Positions 38,401 through 48,057 of a DNA stretch of 64,000 bases are shown in pieces. How positions within the stretch are numbered: position 1 is the stretch's first letter; the number at the start of each line of letters is the position of its first letter. The DNA comes from Schizochytrium sp. TIO01 (Eukaryota; Protista; Bigyra: Labyrinthulomycetes). The DNA is taken from the NCBI GenBank assembly GCA_004764695.1, contig SMSO01000037.1:2146747-2210746 (forward strand). The letters run 5' to 3'. The notes below the pieces were generated by a model. It worked only from the letters and a program-made list of their open reading frames with translations. It did no database searches and was not told the origin of the DNA. Position numbers and translations under genes: made by a program.

Positions 38401-38505
38401 TTGCCCCCCGAGCGAGTCAAAATTCTTGAAGCCTTCAAGAATTCACGTGCAAAACGTCTTAAGATGCGCCGTGAACGTGCAAGGCTTGCCAAGGTGTCTA
38501 CTTAA
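35488..38505 (+). CDS. JmjN/JmjC histone lysine demethylase, KDM4/JMJD2-like
   Basis: JmjN APVFRPTIEEFEDF...GLVKVVPPKEW; JmjC MYGSD, LYFGMWRAMFAWHTED (HxE), KFWY, FLRHK, YHGGFN, AEASNFA. First ATG at 35488. Confidence 0.92.
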   Translation: MTRVTRTRSGAAKTGDRQGLQLDAPVFRPTIEEFEDFESFVAKIEEAGSKYGLVKVVPPKEWGWKMHPNPFLARTQELKRGIKPVRQFSSGRKGAYRIDLVETKKRPVGDFWEESLREDAKRESLVRQPEQGVAMWQGKWESSTTNASAAPCEEKKEIIDPTLAEAALSPAGKDESTHPSDKEKQGPVQPQQVETGEKEQPHVAAQESKQAPIPPLRMVLTGNWAANPKALDEALHEQKNATASATMESEDKEADDSSQPSLSTFTLNLEAFDDEEDTLVDGAMRFRGKGRFIDQDNDGEVREDFCVLYLVEHLVENARATVEDCRTKEFAKDYHLEGYGANGKGMYRLMGELNQARLTKPCESEPASTFWLSCTYLDSTEGGSPKRRKVNDEDTESILEKSLVEKAHEARKLLEFEPEKMQTRVEKQDLDRLEAVFWKEVGSHSKPSMYGSDQEGTLFGDVKELNAGKWNLDKLDTILRVGFAPGREAKGITTSMLYFGMWRAMFAWHTEDMELNSVNFLHYGAAKFWYAVPPEHAGRLEIVSRGEFGGEANICPEFLRHKNVMMAPSVLIREKIPFVRAVQRVGEFMFTFPRAYHGGFNLGFNVAEASNFATPRWLTIGRRARWCKCEHWTFRLDIDDFVERVRAKAPERLPPGPYEGDRILYRYDANNLVPCPTRRKSKSKSKSGHSSTPKTMMLIRVPREEAAAEEGTENHERVAEDTVEDTAEVDRANEQGGQVQAAGDSQEADLQVTANETSTKILEHFNKMEDTESRADTLPSSPHRKAPDMRTALMRVIKGKNGAPFMVVPVNWDEVPFERAPFYPDEDDWSWPQPGEVDATDDEACEMVTPPSTKPSSAKKVRLENAVDSDDDIPMSKEDQQQRRDRWENLRWTRRQRIIVRKAKVLHQANPLVFAYMLALVEQDENSSDPEAVSRAMQHIQQGIQNQQLLMKSAMNTHIPRPVATSTTISCLPPERVKILEAFKNSRAKRLKMRRERARLAKVST

Positions 38506-38883
38506 ATCGCACTAACGTTTGCTTGATATGCGCTGGCGATTATATGTCTCATTTTTATTTTTCACGAGTTACCTAGTGGTGTCAGTCGAAATTACTCGAG
38601 TTCTTTATGGCCCATCTGGATACCTGATACAATTGTAATTTCTACACCTCCTATATATACAAACGAATGCCTCGCGAACGCCCCCGCTACAACGCGACTC
38701 GCAATAGTCTCGTAGGATTCTTTCCAATCTTTCTTTATGTGATGATTTGCTTTACTTCACGGTTTTCTGTATGCGATTCAATTTTATAAACAATTTCCCT
38801 TTTCTTATCCTTATACAGTAATATTATGCCTCTTTGTACTAAGGTACCTAGGCAAGTGTCGATTGTCTACTAACCCTGGATAA

Positions 38884-38908
38884 ATTGTCTACGAAATACG
38901 TAGACAAT
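38884..38908. other. Subterminal palindrome ATTGTCTACG-N5-CGTAGACAAT (candidate transposase-binding site)
   Basis: Perfect 10-bp stem; an imperfect copy with the same 5-nt spacer at 42996-43020 and half-sites at 43223-43230 and 43236-43244. Confidence 0.7.
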
Positions 38909-39357
38909 AAAAGTTTTATCGATCGGAGAAATTATATATATATTTTTTTGTACACGTTTAAAGTGTACAACTTTTTGAGAAATAGGCCAACCCTACTACA
39001 ACTCGTCATGAATATTCGACCTTTACGACCCAAACTTTCCTTGGATGCTCCCACCATGGCACCAATTGGTCTATGAAAATTTTACGAGACGAGAAGACTT
39101 GCAAGGGGCAGAAGATGGGGTTCTGCTCTGCTTCTCCTTTAGACTTCTGGTAGTTAGGCTGGTAGTTAAGTGCTCCTGATATGTTTTGGGCGCGAACTAT
39201 GCTACTAGGCGCTCTTCTGCTTGCAATTGCGTATCCTGCCAGGGATCCTGCGCGAGTGCTGGTAGTATCTTCGACACGGTCGCCCTCCACACCTTAATGC
39301 TGCGATTCTAGTTTGGGCTTCGAGTATACAGGTATCTTTTAGCTTTTGAGTGTCAAT

Positions 39358-42300
39358 ATGCCTACACGTACGCAGGTTAAGGACTTGGTCTCAGAGTGTG
39401 GCGAAGTTTCTGATGCCTCCTCAATGTCAAGTGACGACAGTGTCGATAGTGACAATAGTGAAAGCTACATTGAAATTGAAATGTGTGGACAATCCATGTC
39501 GGTAGATCCTTCGGTCCAAGCTGATGATGCTAATGGCCAAGGTAACTGGGAATTTGATTCCTTCTCTGCCCATGGCTCCAAGTATCACGAAGGCCTTCGT
39601 GGAACTATGCGAAGTATGGACACAATCGAGCTTGAATACAGCCCACATAACATAGATCTGTTATTGAGAACTCAAATGGAAAGCGAAGTTATTCTAGCAC
39701 GAGTGCGAAAACAACTTCATATATCCAGCGAGGATAGCATTAGCCCCTTTCAAGCCATGCAAGTTTGTATCCCACCTCTCTATATCGATACCTTCTTAGA
39801 GTGGTTAAATAATGACACGAGCTCCAAATTCTCCCGTCGTGACATTCATATGTTTATCGAGGTCGAGATTTTGTGTCGAACGGCGAACCGCTCTAGTACA
39901 TTCGTTTGTAAAGGAGTACCTGACGATGCGTCCAACGCATATAGACGCGTGCGTAGCGCGATGCGGAAAGCAAGCAAAAATAACCGTGAAAAGACCAATC
40001 ATCAAAAGACATCACGAAACCTTCCATTCACAACAGCAGACAAATATCTAAAACGAATGCAGGACCTTGCAAGTAGACACTGGAATTCGCTGTTATTTGT
40101 AAATGGTGTCACGTGGGTTGATCTTGATGATGACAAACTCCCACACTCTTCATCGGACTTTGAATCAGCTGGTATCCGGCTGATCCCAACAAAAACTCAG
40201 AAAAGAAAACCAGTTGTTCATGTCGTAGCTTCTGTTGGAACTGGTGTGATTCTTCAAGGCTGGGTGGAATTTCTCCGCACAAAAGTTTCTGACATCGTGA
40301 AGAAGTCAGTTAACTTGATGTTAGAGCATCCTGACGATTTAGGCAAGGAAAGTTGCAGTCGAGATCTTACTATCTTTATTGACCGCGAATACCTGGCAAT
40401 TGCTAAGTATCAACAAGAAAACACACGAACCAACATCATCCAAATTCTACAGGATCTAAACGTATCGTTTTTAGGGACATGCAAACAGACGCGCATGTTT
40501 CCATTCCAAGATCTACTTGAAAAACCGACTCGGCAGTCATCTACACAGGCGATAGTTTGGGTAAATGGTCGAAGGAGCGCACATACTGCAAAAGTCGATG
40601 GAGAGAATCTCTATGCACTTACCTCTAGGCACGGGCAAGGAAAGGCAAGGATTGCTCGGTTGGTCACCAACAATCCAAAATTAGGCGTTCATAACTGGGT
40701 TTTTGAAGTAGGGTATGGTCAAGTTCAAAAGAATCATCCTGGTGGTGTTTCGAGGCTGGAGCACGTAGTTGCAGACCACGAACCTCTGACAGCTGAATCC
40801 TCCAATGAAGCCCGAATAGGCGCAGCGTTCCGTAATCTCGAAAGCCGAACTATCAGGTTGACACAGAAACAAGGGACTGCAGACTGGTTTTTAGCACGAC
40901 TTTTCCGCGCAACGAGCACAACCTCATTTCAATGTATGAATTTTGTTTCTGCTCCATTTATTCATTCTGAAGAGCTTCGAACAATGCATGCTCGTGTCTT
41001 GCAAATTGCAGTGCTTAATCCCATAACTGCCATTACGGTTGAAAACGCTTCTGAGAGAGTTGATCCAGATCTACCTGGCTCGCTCAAACAAAGTAGAATG
41101 AAGCGCAGACGAGTCAGTCACGGCGACAAGACAAAAGCACAATACTGGTTAAACAAGTGTAAAACAAGGGTCAACTTAGCGGCTGAATTAATGGAACTTA
41201 CTGGAGAGGTGGTTCTTCCTGAAGAGAAAAACCTTGATATCGCAGAACGCCTTGCTAGTGCGACCGCTTTAAAAATAGTGTCTACGCAAAGTTCCGTTGC
41301 TGACTCTTTGTCAATCCAGAATTTGTCTCAACATGAAAATCTGCAGCATACTCCAGTGGGATGTTCTGACACGAGTTCGGAGATATCTTTTTACCAGCGC
41401 CAGCAATGCTTTCTTCAGACCTTGATGTTGTTATGGTTCATACCGCCTTGGAGAGACGGTCTTGCACCTCACAAAAGTCCGTTACGTTTAGGCAAAGAGA
41501 ATGAAAATGTTATTACTGCAGGATTAAAGACCTTCATCTACAAGGTTTCGAGTAAGAGCATCAAAATTCACGAGATTAGACCATACGGACTTCTTGCTAA
41601 CCGAGATGTACCATTTATAGCAGATTCCCCTGATGGAGTTGCGGTCATTTCGCGTAAAGTAGGCGACGAGTACGTTATCCAAGATGCGACAGCCTTAGAA
41701 TTCAAGACTGTTACGTCGCCAGATACAATTTCTGCAGTAGCAGCACGCGTAGGTGAGCTTGGCCAGTTTGTAGAATGTCATGCAGGGTCTCTACTTTTCA
41801 AACATGCGGTCCCTGAACCTTCTTACAGGGCTCAGATCATTCATCACGCGTGTGCGTTAGATGTTTCAGAAGTTTTGCTCATCTACTCGACATCTGAGCG
41901 TGAACTTCAGGCAGTTCTTGTTGAAGTTGCACAGGCTCAACGGGACCAATGGAGAGGCTATTTAGGTGCTCTTGCAGATGAGTACATGAAGTTTGCCTAT
42001 GGAGAGCATCTCGGGACATTTCCCCGTCTTGGAAATGATTACTCGTCGTCGTATGGTTTTGCTAGAGAACACCATACAGTTGATGTTTACTTGCAGCTCT
42101 GGCGGCGGCACAATGATGATGTACTATCAAATGGGACACCGCCACCCTGTAAAAAAATATTACCGAAGTTATGCAGTGTTTGGAATCACCACATGGGAAA
42201 TGTTGATATTGTTCGGAAGACCGTCGAAGGTCGAAAGCGGCGTACCAGTCGACTGAAGCCTGCAGCTTTAGTCTGGCTTACTTACCTCGACTACACACTA

Positions 42301-42870
42301 TATAATGCATTCCGTGTATATCAACTTGCGCGTCTCGAAGCTTTTACTCCTCATGCAAAATCTTTCGATGCATGGCAGACAGCTAGGAAAAACACAACAT
42401 CATTTGTAGTGTTCTTGGAAGATTTGCACAGAGGAATGCGTTATCGATTTGATGAGAATAATCAATTCCCACTTTCCCAGAATTGTGATATTGTTGCTGC
42501 GAATCCCAATTCTGCGATTGAATTATCACCCCAAAACGATGAAGACTCATCGAAATACGTAACAAAATCAGTCCTACTTAACCTGCTTCAAGGTTTGAAA
42601 AATAATACAAACAATGAGCACACTTTATCACGCAATCAGCCTTATGGCACCCCTCCAGCAAGGAGGACATGCATTCTCTGCTGTGTTAGGTGCGAAAAAA
42701 GTCAGGATCACGTCTCTCGACGTGGGAGATCTACTACCAAGGAGTGCAAAGGCTGTGAGATACATCCAGGTCAATATGCTGCATTCTGCAAAAAGTGCTT
42801 CGATACATTTCACGAATTAGGGGCTAAGTCTATATCCAACGTACATTTTTCATTTCTGAAGGAGTTGTAA
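39358..42870 (+). CDS. piggyBac-type DDD transposase with an internal YqaJ/lambda-exonuclease-like domain and a C-terminal Cys-rich domain
   Basis: WVDLDDD (D1), IFIDREY (D2) followed by GTCKQTR, and WNHHMGNVD (D3). YqaJ motifs QGTADWFLAR, GKENE, PFIADSPDG, LEFK, YRAQ. C-terminal CILC...CKGC...FCKKCFDTFH. First ATG at 39358. Confidence 0.85.
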   Translation: MPTRTQVKDLVSECGEVSDASSMSSDDSVDSDNSESYIEIEMCGQSMSVDPSVQADDANGQGNWEFDSFSAHGSKYHEGLRGTMRSMDTIELEYSPHNIDLLLRTQMESEVILARVRKQLHISSEDSISPFQAMQVCIPPLYIDTFLEWLNNDTSSKFSRRDIHMFIEVEILCRTANRSSTFVCKGVPDDASNAYRRVRSAMRKASKNNREKTNHQKTSRNLPFTTADKYLKRMQDLASRHWNSLLFVNGVTWVDLDDDKLPHSSSDFESAGIRLIPTKTQKRKPVVHVVASVGTGVILQGWVEFLRTKVSDIVKKSVNLMLEHPDDLGKESCSRDLTIFIDREYLAIAKYQQENTRTNIIQILQDLNVSFLGTCKQTRMFPFQDLLEKPTRQSSTQAIVWVNGRRSAHTAKVDGENLYALTSRHGQGKARIARLVTNNPKLGVHNWVFEVGYGQVQKNHPGGVSRLEHVVADHEPLTAESSNEARIGAAFRNLESRTIRLTQKQGTADWFLARLFRATSTTSFQCMNFVSAPFIHSEELRTMHARVLQIAVLNPITAITVENASERVDPDLPGSLKQSRMKRRRVSHGDKTKAQYWLNKCKTRVNLAAELMELTGEVVLPEEKNLDIAERLASATALKIVSTQSSVADSLSIQNLSQHENLQHTPVGCSDTSSEISFYQRQQCFLQTLMLLWFIPPWRDGLAPHKSPLRLGKENENVITAGLKTFIYKVSSKSIKIHEIRPYGLLANRDVPFIADSPDGVAVISRKVGDEYVIQDATALEFKTVTSPDTISAVAARVGELGQFVECHAGSLLFKHAVPEPSYRAQIIHHACALDVSEVLLIYSTSERELQAVLVEVAQAQRDQWRGYLGALADEYMKFAYGEHLGTFPRLGNDYSSSYGFAREHHTVDVYLQLWRRHNDDVLSNGTPPPCKKILPKLCSVWNHHMGNVDIVRKTVEGRKRRTSRLKPAALVWLTYLDYTLYNAFRVYQLARLEAFTPHAKSFDAWQTARKNTTSFVVFLEDLHRGMRYRFDENNQFPLSQNCDIVAANPNSAIELSPQNDEDSSKYVTKSVLLNLLQGLKNNTNNEHTLSRNQPYGTPPARRTCILCCVRCEKSQDHVSRRGRSTTKECKGCEIHPGQYAAFCKKCFDTFHELGAKSISNVHFSFLKEL

Positions 42871-43738
42871 AGGTGCTCCCAGAGTTAAATAGTAAAATCT
42901 ATGTAGAGTCCAATTTTCCCGAAGCTTGATCAAGTATCCCCGATGCGACGCTTTCACAAAACCAGTTTGAAATTAATTAAGGATAATAGGGTATATTTGT
43001 CTACGTTTTATGTTGACAAAATGGAGCCATTTTTAATCGGATTTAGGCCGGTTGATTTCGTTCAAAGCCAGAATCGAAAACTCCAATTATTCATCAGCAC
43101 CATCATTTTAGAGCTCAGAGCTCGAATATGTTCTTCTTCAAGGCCAGAACTAGCAATCTGGCACAGAACTTTCAAGAATTTGAGGGATTTGCCCCTAAAC
43201 ATCAGAAATTGGTGGTGTTGAGTTGTCTACATTTGTTGTCTACGTTTTTGCGATATCCAGGGCTAATGGTTGTAACATCTCTTTTCTTGCCCATGTTTAG
43301 AAAATGTTACTCTAAGCACTGGAATGTTTTTACTTTCGTTTTTTAACCGCTGTATCTGGTGAGAGTGCTCAACAATCGTCACTGGGAGTACTAGAATGTG
43401 TCAGTATGATTGAAGTCAATTCTTTTCTTCCCCTTGACCATTTTTCGAAGGGCAAAGCGAAAACAAACAACACAGTACCTAGGTACTAATTCTCTATTCT
43501 ACTGGGAGCTTGTTTTGCTTTTCCTCTTTTTTTTATATTTTTTTTTAAAGGGAGGTTCCCAATAAAGGGATACATTGCATTACGCTACTACTAGACACCT
43601 AATCGTAGCTACGTAGCTAGAAGAAAAACACTCTGGAAGTGATCCTCCTCCAGATGAATGAGTTGCACCAGAACTCTTTTCAATTAGCTGAAAGATTGAC
43701 TTTCAAAAGTGCCACCTTGGGCACCTCGAAAGGCCGCA

Positions 43739-45571
43739 ATGGGGCTACCATCCCGGCGTGAAGTTGTGGAGATTTCTCTAGTCGCTATAGGCTGTGCCAC
43801 GGTGGCATGGGCGATGCAACAAATTAAGGCCGGCCAGCTTCTGAGCCGAGAGGCATCCGCGTTCATGGGTCTAACTACGTTTGTGGCAGCATCTTTAACA
43901 AGTGACAAATTCCGCACATCACTACCTAAGTCGTGGCTGCAGGTGTCTAGGACATGCCCTGATAATGGCATAATTTACGTACTTCTGGGACCACTTGTGA
44001 GTGCGTCTGTTCTGATGGCCTTGGCACAATGTGAATCTTCATTCATTTTGGATGATAAGATACAGTATGCTCGGGCCCTTTTCTGGGTAGTCTGGGGCAG
44101 TACAATTCGGTTTGTAATCAGAGCAGGGGAAAAATCCTTTCCTATTCTGCGACATGCTGACAACACAGATTCTTCGCCAAAGATGCGAATCATTGCAAGC
44201 CTTGTCATTGACATTCTGATTTCCACCACCAGTGGTATACAATTAGGCTTCAGTGAGGCTGGCACAGATAGAATAGGGACTTGGTTTTGTGGCTGTCTAA
44301 CCCTCTGCGCTTTGTTTCTGCAGCGTGGGCTGCTCGCACTATGGTTGCGGGGATTTCAGAAATCCTTCACTGTTGGCGAAGCATATTGCGTAGCGCTCTT
44401 AATCTCTTTTGCGATCTTAGATTTCGTGTTATTATCTGTAGAAAAGTTAGCTAGCGGGCTGTCGCTTAGGGCTCATCTGCCATTCGACCCATTTAAAGAA
44501 AGACTACCCGAATGGATTGCTCTGGAGGGTGGGTTGCTCGGAGTTCTTGCCCTACCTCTTGTCATGTCAACATTCTTACTGCGTCATGCAGTTCTCGAAA
44601 ATGAAACCGTTACAGTAGATGCTCGTGTTGAACCTCCAGTATCAGCAACCTTTCGTCGAAAACTTAGTACACCAGAAACAGCACCACTCTGGAGTTGGGA
44701 TAAAAACTCCTTCTCCATGAAAGATCTTCTTACGTTTTGGGCTGTTGTAATTGCCTGGCTTGGTGGGGTTGTTTCTATCTGGGTAAGCTTTCTTCTCAAA
44801 TGGAAGCATCCTGTTATCTTTGTGGTAGAGTATGTTTTCTCTTCTACCGTGCACCTAGGCATTCTAGGATACTGGATATTAGCACTCAGCGTCGGACTTC
44901 CTTGTATTCATGTTGTAGCGTCTCGAGCTCAATGGCCGTTGATTATTACTCGCAAACTTTATCATTTGCTTGCACTTGCTATGTTTGCTCCTGCTATTGT
45001 CTCTGCTCCAACGTTTCTGGCCTTCTCCTTTGGAATTGCCATGGCGCTGCTGTTCTTCATTGAGCTTATCCGCATTTGTCGTGTGCCGCCCTTTGGCAAC
45101 TGGATTCATGTGTTTCTCCGCAGCTACACAGACTCGCGAGATGAGGGAACGACTATTTTGACACATATTTACCTCTTGTTAGGTTGTGCTTTACCTTTGT
45201 GGTTATATGCCGATATTCCTATTTTCTCATCTCGCGCTGCTCAATTCGCAGGCCTGGCCATTCTGGGAGCAGGCGATGCCGCTGGTGCTATCATTGGATC
45301 TCAATTTGGCAAATACTCATGGCCAGGCGGCAGGAAAACACTCGAAGGTACAATAGCAGCAGTTTGTGCCTCTCTTGGCCTCATGGGTTTTCTTTTGAGC
45401 TGGGCTGTTGCAGGTTGTGAGCGTGATGTCTTCAACACTTTGGCCCTTGTCTGTGCGACCTTGCTCACATGTCTGCTTGAAGCCTTCACGAAGCAGATAG
45501 ACAACCTGACACTACCCATGTTCTATGCCGCTCTTTTAGTCCTGCCGGCTGTAGATCTGCATATAGCCTAA
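43739..45571 (+). CDS. DOLK: Dolichol kinase
   Basis: Polytopic membrane protein with SFTVGEA, RKLYH, DSRD, LTHIYLLLGCALP, GDAAGAIIG...WPGGRKTLEG, QIDNL. ATG at 43739. Confidence 0.92.
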   Translation: MGLPSRREVVEISLVAIGCATVAWAMQQIKAGQLLSREASAFMGLTTFVAASLTSDKFRTSLPKSWLQVSRTCPDNGIIYVLLGPLVSASVLMALAQCESSFILDDKIQYARALFWVVWGSTIRFVIRAGEKSFPILRHADNTDSSPKMRIIASLVIDILISTTSGIQLGFSEAGTDRIGTWFCGCLTLCALFLQRGLLALWLRGFQKSFTVGEAYCVALLISFAILDFVLLSVEKLASGLSLRAHLPFDPFKERLPEWIALEGGLLGVLALPLVMSTFLLRHAVLENETVTVDARVEPPVSATFRRKLSTPETAPLWSWDKNSFSMKDLLTFWAVVIAWLGGVVSIWVSFLLKWKHPVIFVVEYVFSSTVHLGILGYWILALSVGLPCIHVVASRAQWPLIITRKLYHLLALAMFAPAIVSAPTFLAFSFGIAMALLFFIELIRICRVPPFGNWIHVFLRSYTDSRDEGTTILTHIYLLLGCALPLWLYADIPIFSSRAAQFAGLAILGAGDAAGAIIGSQFGKYSWPGGRKTLEGTIAAVCASLGLMGFLLSWAVAGCERDVFNTLALVCATLLTCLLEAFTKQIDNLTLPMFYAALLVLPAVDLHIA

Positions 45572-46227
45572 AAATCATATGCATGAGACCTTACATTGTA
45601 GCACAACCTTGCATCAAAATGCTATTGTTCATAACATGTACGAAAAATGAAGTTTTGGAATTCTGTACTTTAAATCCCACAGATTGCTTATTTTCCTTTG
45701 TCATTTATAACAACAAAAACAGACATTCCTGGATCTTAGCAATAGAGGTGAAATTGATTTTTTGTGAAGCAGAATGAATATTTACAACTTATCAATTAAT
45801 TAGTTGCTTAACGTTTCTATAGACTTCTTTGCATTATATATAACACTTAGTAGCTTCTGCAAGGGTCTAGCCTTTCTTGCATGTTTGACAGCAGGAATCG
45901 AGTCGAATACAAAAGTGGCGTGCATGGTCGAACTCAATGAAAAGTTAGAGCTAGTTATGGTAGTGACAAAAATCAAATTGTTCTCTTTTTCATTATTCTT
46001 TAAAAAAAAGAAGGAACTAGGAGATGGAAGATAACATCAAGATATTTTGATATTTCTCTTAACTCCGAAAGAGTTTGCAACAGAGACAGATGTCTTGCAA
46101 AACCTTGTCCAGGGGAGAGTCTAGTTTGTAAACTGTATATGTTCCTGTAAGTGGTTTATTTATAAAATAAAATCAGTATGAAAATAAATTCAAGGCCATT
46201 CAATTTTTATTTTTATTTTCTTTCCCT

Positions 46228-48057
46228 TCATGAACAAACGTGCGGGGTATTGGCTCTAAGCAAGTCATCTACAACACGTGTGACTTGTTCTACTGGAGCT
46301 GTTACTCCAATCGATGGTTTATCTGAGGACGCACCCGTAAAGCGATACTGCACATCTCCTCGATATGCAGAAAATAGTTTGAAGTGATTGTGCTCCGACA
46401 TTCCTAACGGTTTGATCTCAACAACTCCTGCATTAGGGCGTGTAAAGAGAACATGGCTCATTCCAGCACCGTGTATTCCAACAACGATGTCAGCACTGTT
46501 CACTGCTCGGAGCTGCTCCAACAAGGTCATTTTCTCAAACGACACTACAGTGACATTCACATTACACAAACCTTTCAGTGCTTTTAAAATATCATCTGAG
46601 TTTGCCATTTGACGCGTAATTTGCCTTGGTACCATGCGCGGGTGCGATGCATAAGGGCGACGTAGAACAAGCAAAATTTGCACAACGGAACCTGAAAAGG
46701 CGGGTTTTTGCAAGGTTGCATCAAGGCCGTACGATTCTAGAACAAATCGGGAGAAATCCTTGACGTATGGACTCTTTGGACACGTAGAATGCTCCATCGT
46801 TTTAATCCAAAGCGAGGATGCGTAACCTGGGGATACGGCATATGCATTTTTAAAACATGTACCTGATGGAACAGTTGAGACGTACTGGGGGGTGGTTTTG
46901 AATAAAGTAACCCACAGATTATCCATAGCCCCAGCACTATGACCATCGAGGAAGACAATATTGACTCTGCTTAGGCCATACATGCGCACGGTTTGGTAGG
47001 CATTATACAGGTCTGTCATTGTGTGATAGAGGTTTGCGAATTCATAGCGTGTTATGAACAAAGTTGGCGTCTCCACGGTTGATGTACATTTTGCCTCTGA
47101 CGAGCTGTAACTCATGGCATAGACAATATCTTTAAAGTGAAAGGGTAGTATGCGCTGAACAGCTTCACGGCGCGAGCTGATTGAATCAATGATATTTTCA
47201 TTGCATCCAGAAATCGCAAAAGATCCTTGTTCATACTTGCAGTATTCGTCTGATTCAGGACGACGCTGGACGCTATCGATCGGCTCGTTGCCGGCACTGA
47301 CGTGAATGCGGTCAGTGTTCACTTGAAAGTTTCGCATATGGCACATTGCAGACTCTGAGATTTTGTTGCGCATGCAAGTAAACGCTCCATCGCAAACATC
47401 CACCGAAGGTGAAAAACCAGGTCCAAAGGTTTGGTCACATCTAGAGGTAGACATAGATTCATAAGACAAAGCATTTCTGAGTGCTAGATCTTCAGGATGG
47501 GAATATAGGGCAGATGTTGATTTGTCTACTTGGACTGTATGTGTTCTTGTAGTAGACTCCAATCGTTTCAGGCTCTCGCTAATTTCTATATCTTTTGAAA
47601 TTCTAGAGGCAGGAATCGTATGCGAAAATTCATCATTTGTGAGTAATGGTTTATTAACCTCCTTCTCTTGAAGATTGGTTTCCAATTGAGAATTGGGACC
47701 CTGTGTTTGGCTTTGTTCAAGCAGCACCACATCCTCGCTTGAAATAGGCTCTGACTCAGCGAGTGTGTTGTCATCTGTACGACTAGGGTTCAGAATAATA
47801 TTTGGCTTGCCAGAGTATTGCCGTAACATGCTATATTGCGCAGCCTCGCCGGAAAAGATATCTGAGGACTTAAGAAGCGCAATGCCAAAAATTGCAAAAA
47901 GCAAAAGTGCGATAAATCGCTTGTTTTGGGAAATGTGCTTGTACTTCTGCACAAACCATTTCTTCATTTTCCCAGCATGATGTCTACTGAAGATTACTTG
48001 AGCATGGTCGAAGATGGTCAGTCGAGATGTGTTCTGTGCCCCTCGATCCCCAGACAT
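46228..48057 (-). CDS. GT61 (DUF563) glycosyltransferase, beta-1,2-xylosyltransferase-like
   Basis: Type II membrane anchor; TRYEFANLYHTMTD, FLDGH, RRPYASHPR, EQLRAV...VGIHGAGMSH...VVEI. Confidence 0.85.
   Translation of the reverse strand: MSGDRGAQNTSRLTIFDHAQVIFSRHHAGKMKKWFVQKYKHISQNKRFIALLLFAIFGIALLKSSDIFSGEAAQYSMLRQYSGKPNIILNPSRTDDNTLAESEPISSEDVVLLEQSQTQGPNSQLETNLQEKEVNKPLLTNDEFSHTIPASRISKDIEISESLKRLESTTRTHTVQVDKSTSALYSHPEDLALRNALSYESMSTSRCDQTFGPGFSPSVDVCDGAFTCMRNKISESAMCHMRNFQVNTDRIHVSAGNEPIDSVQRRPESDEYCKYEQGSFAISGCNENIIDSISSRREAVQRILPFHFKDIVYAMSYSSSEAKCTSTVETPTLFITRYEFANLYHTMTDLYNAYQTVRMYGLSRVNIVFLDGHSAGAMDNLWVTLFKTTPQYVSTVPSGTCFKNAYAVSPGYASSLWIKTMEHSTCPKSPYVKDFSRFVLESYGLDATLQKPAFSGSVVQILLVLRRPYASHPRMVPRQITRQMANSDDILKALKGLCNVNVTVVSFEKMTLLEQLRAVNSADIVVGIHGAGMSHVLFTRPNAGVVEIKPLGMSEHNHFKLFSAYRGDVQYRFTGASSDKPSIGVTAPVEQVTRVVDDLLRANTPHVCS

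Larger units (their letters stand above)
38874..43262 (+). mobile_element. Full-length piggyBac-like DNA transposon, 4389 bp, CTAA target-site duplication
   Basis: CTAA(38870-38873)|CCCTGGATA ... TATCCAGGG|CTAA(43263-43266). Shared subterminal ACGTAGACAA/TTGTCTACG motifs; a single transposase ORF inside. Confidence 0.88.
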
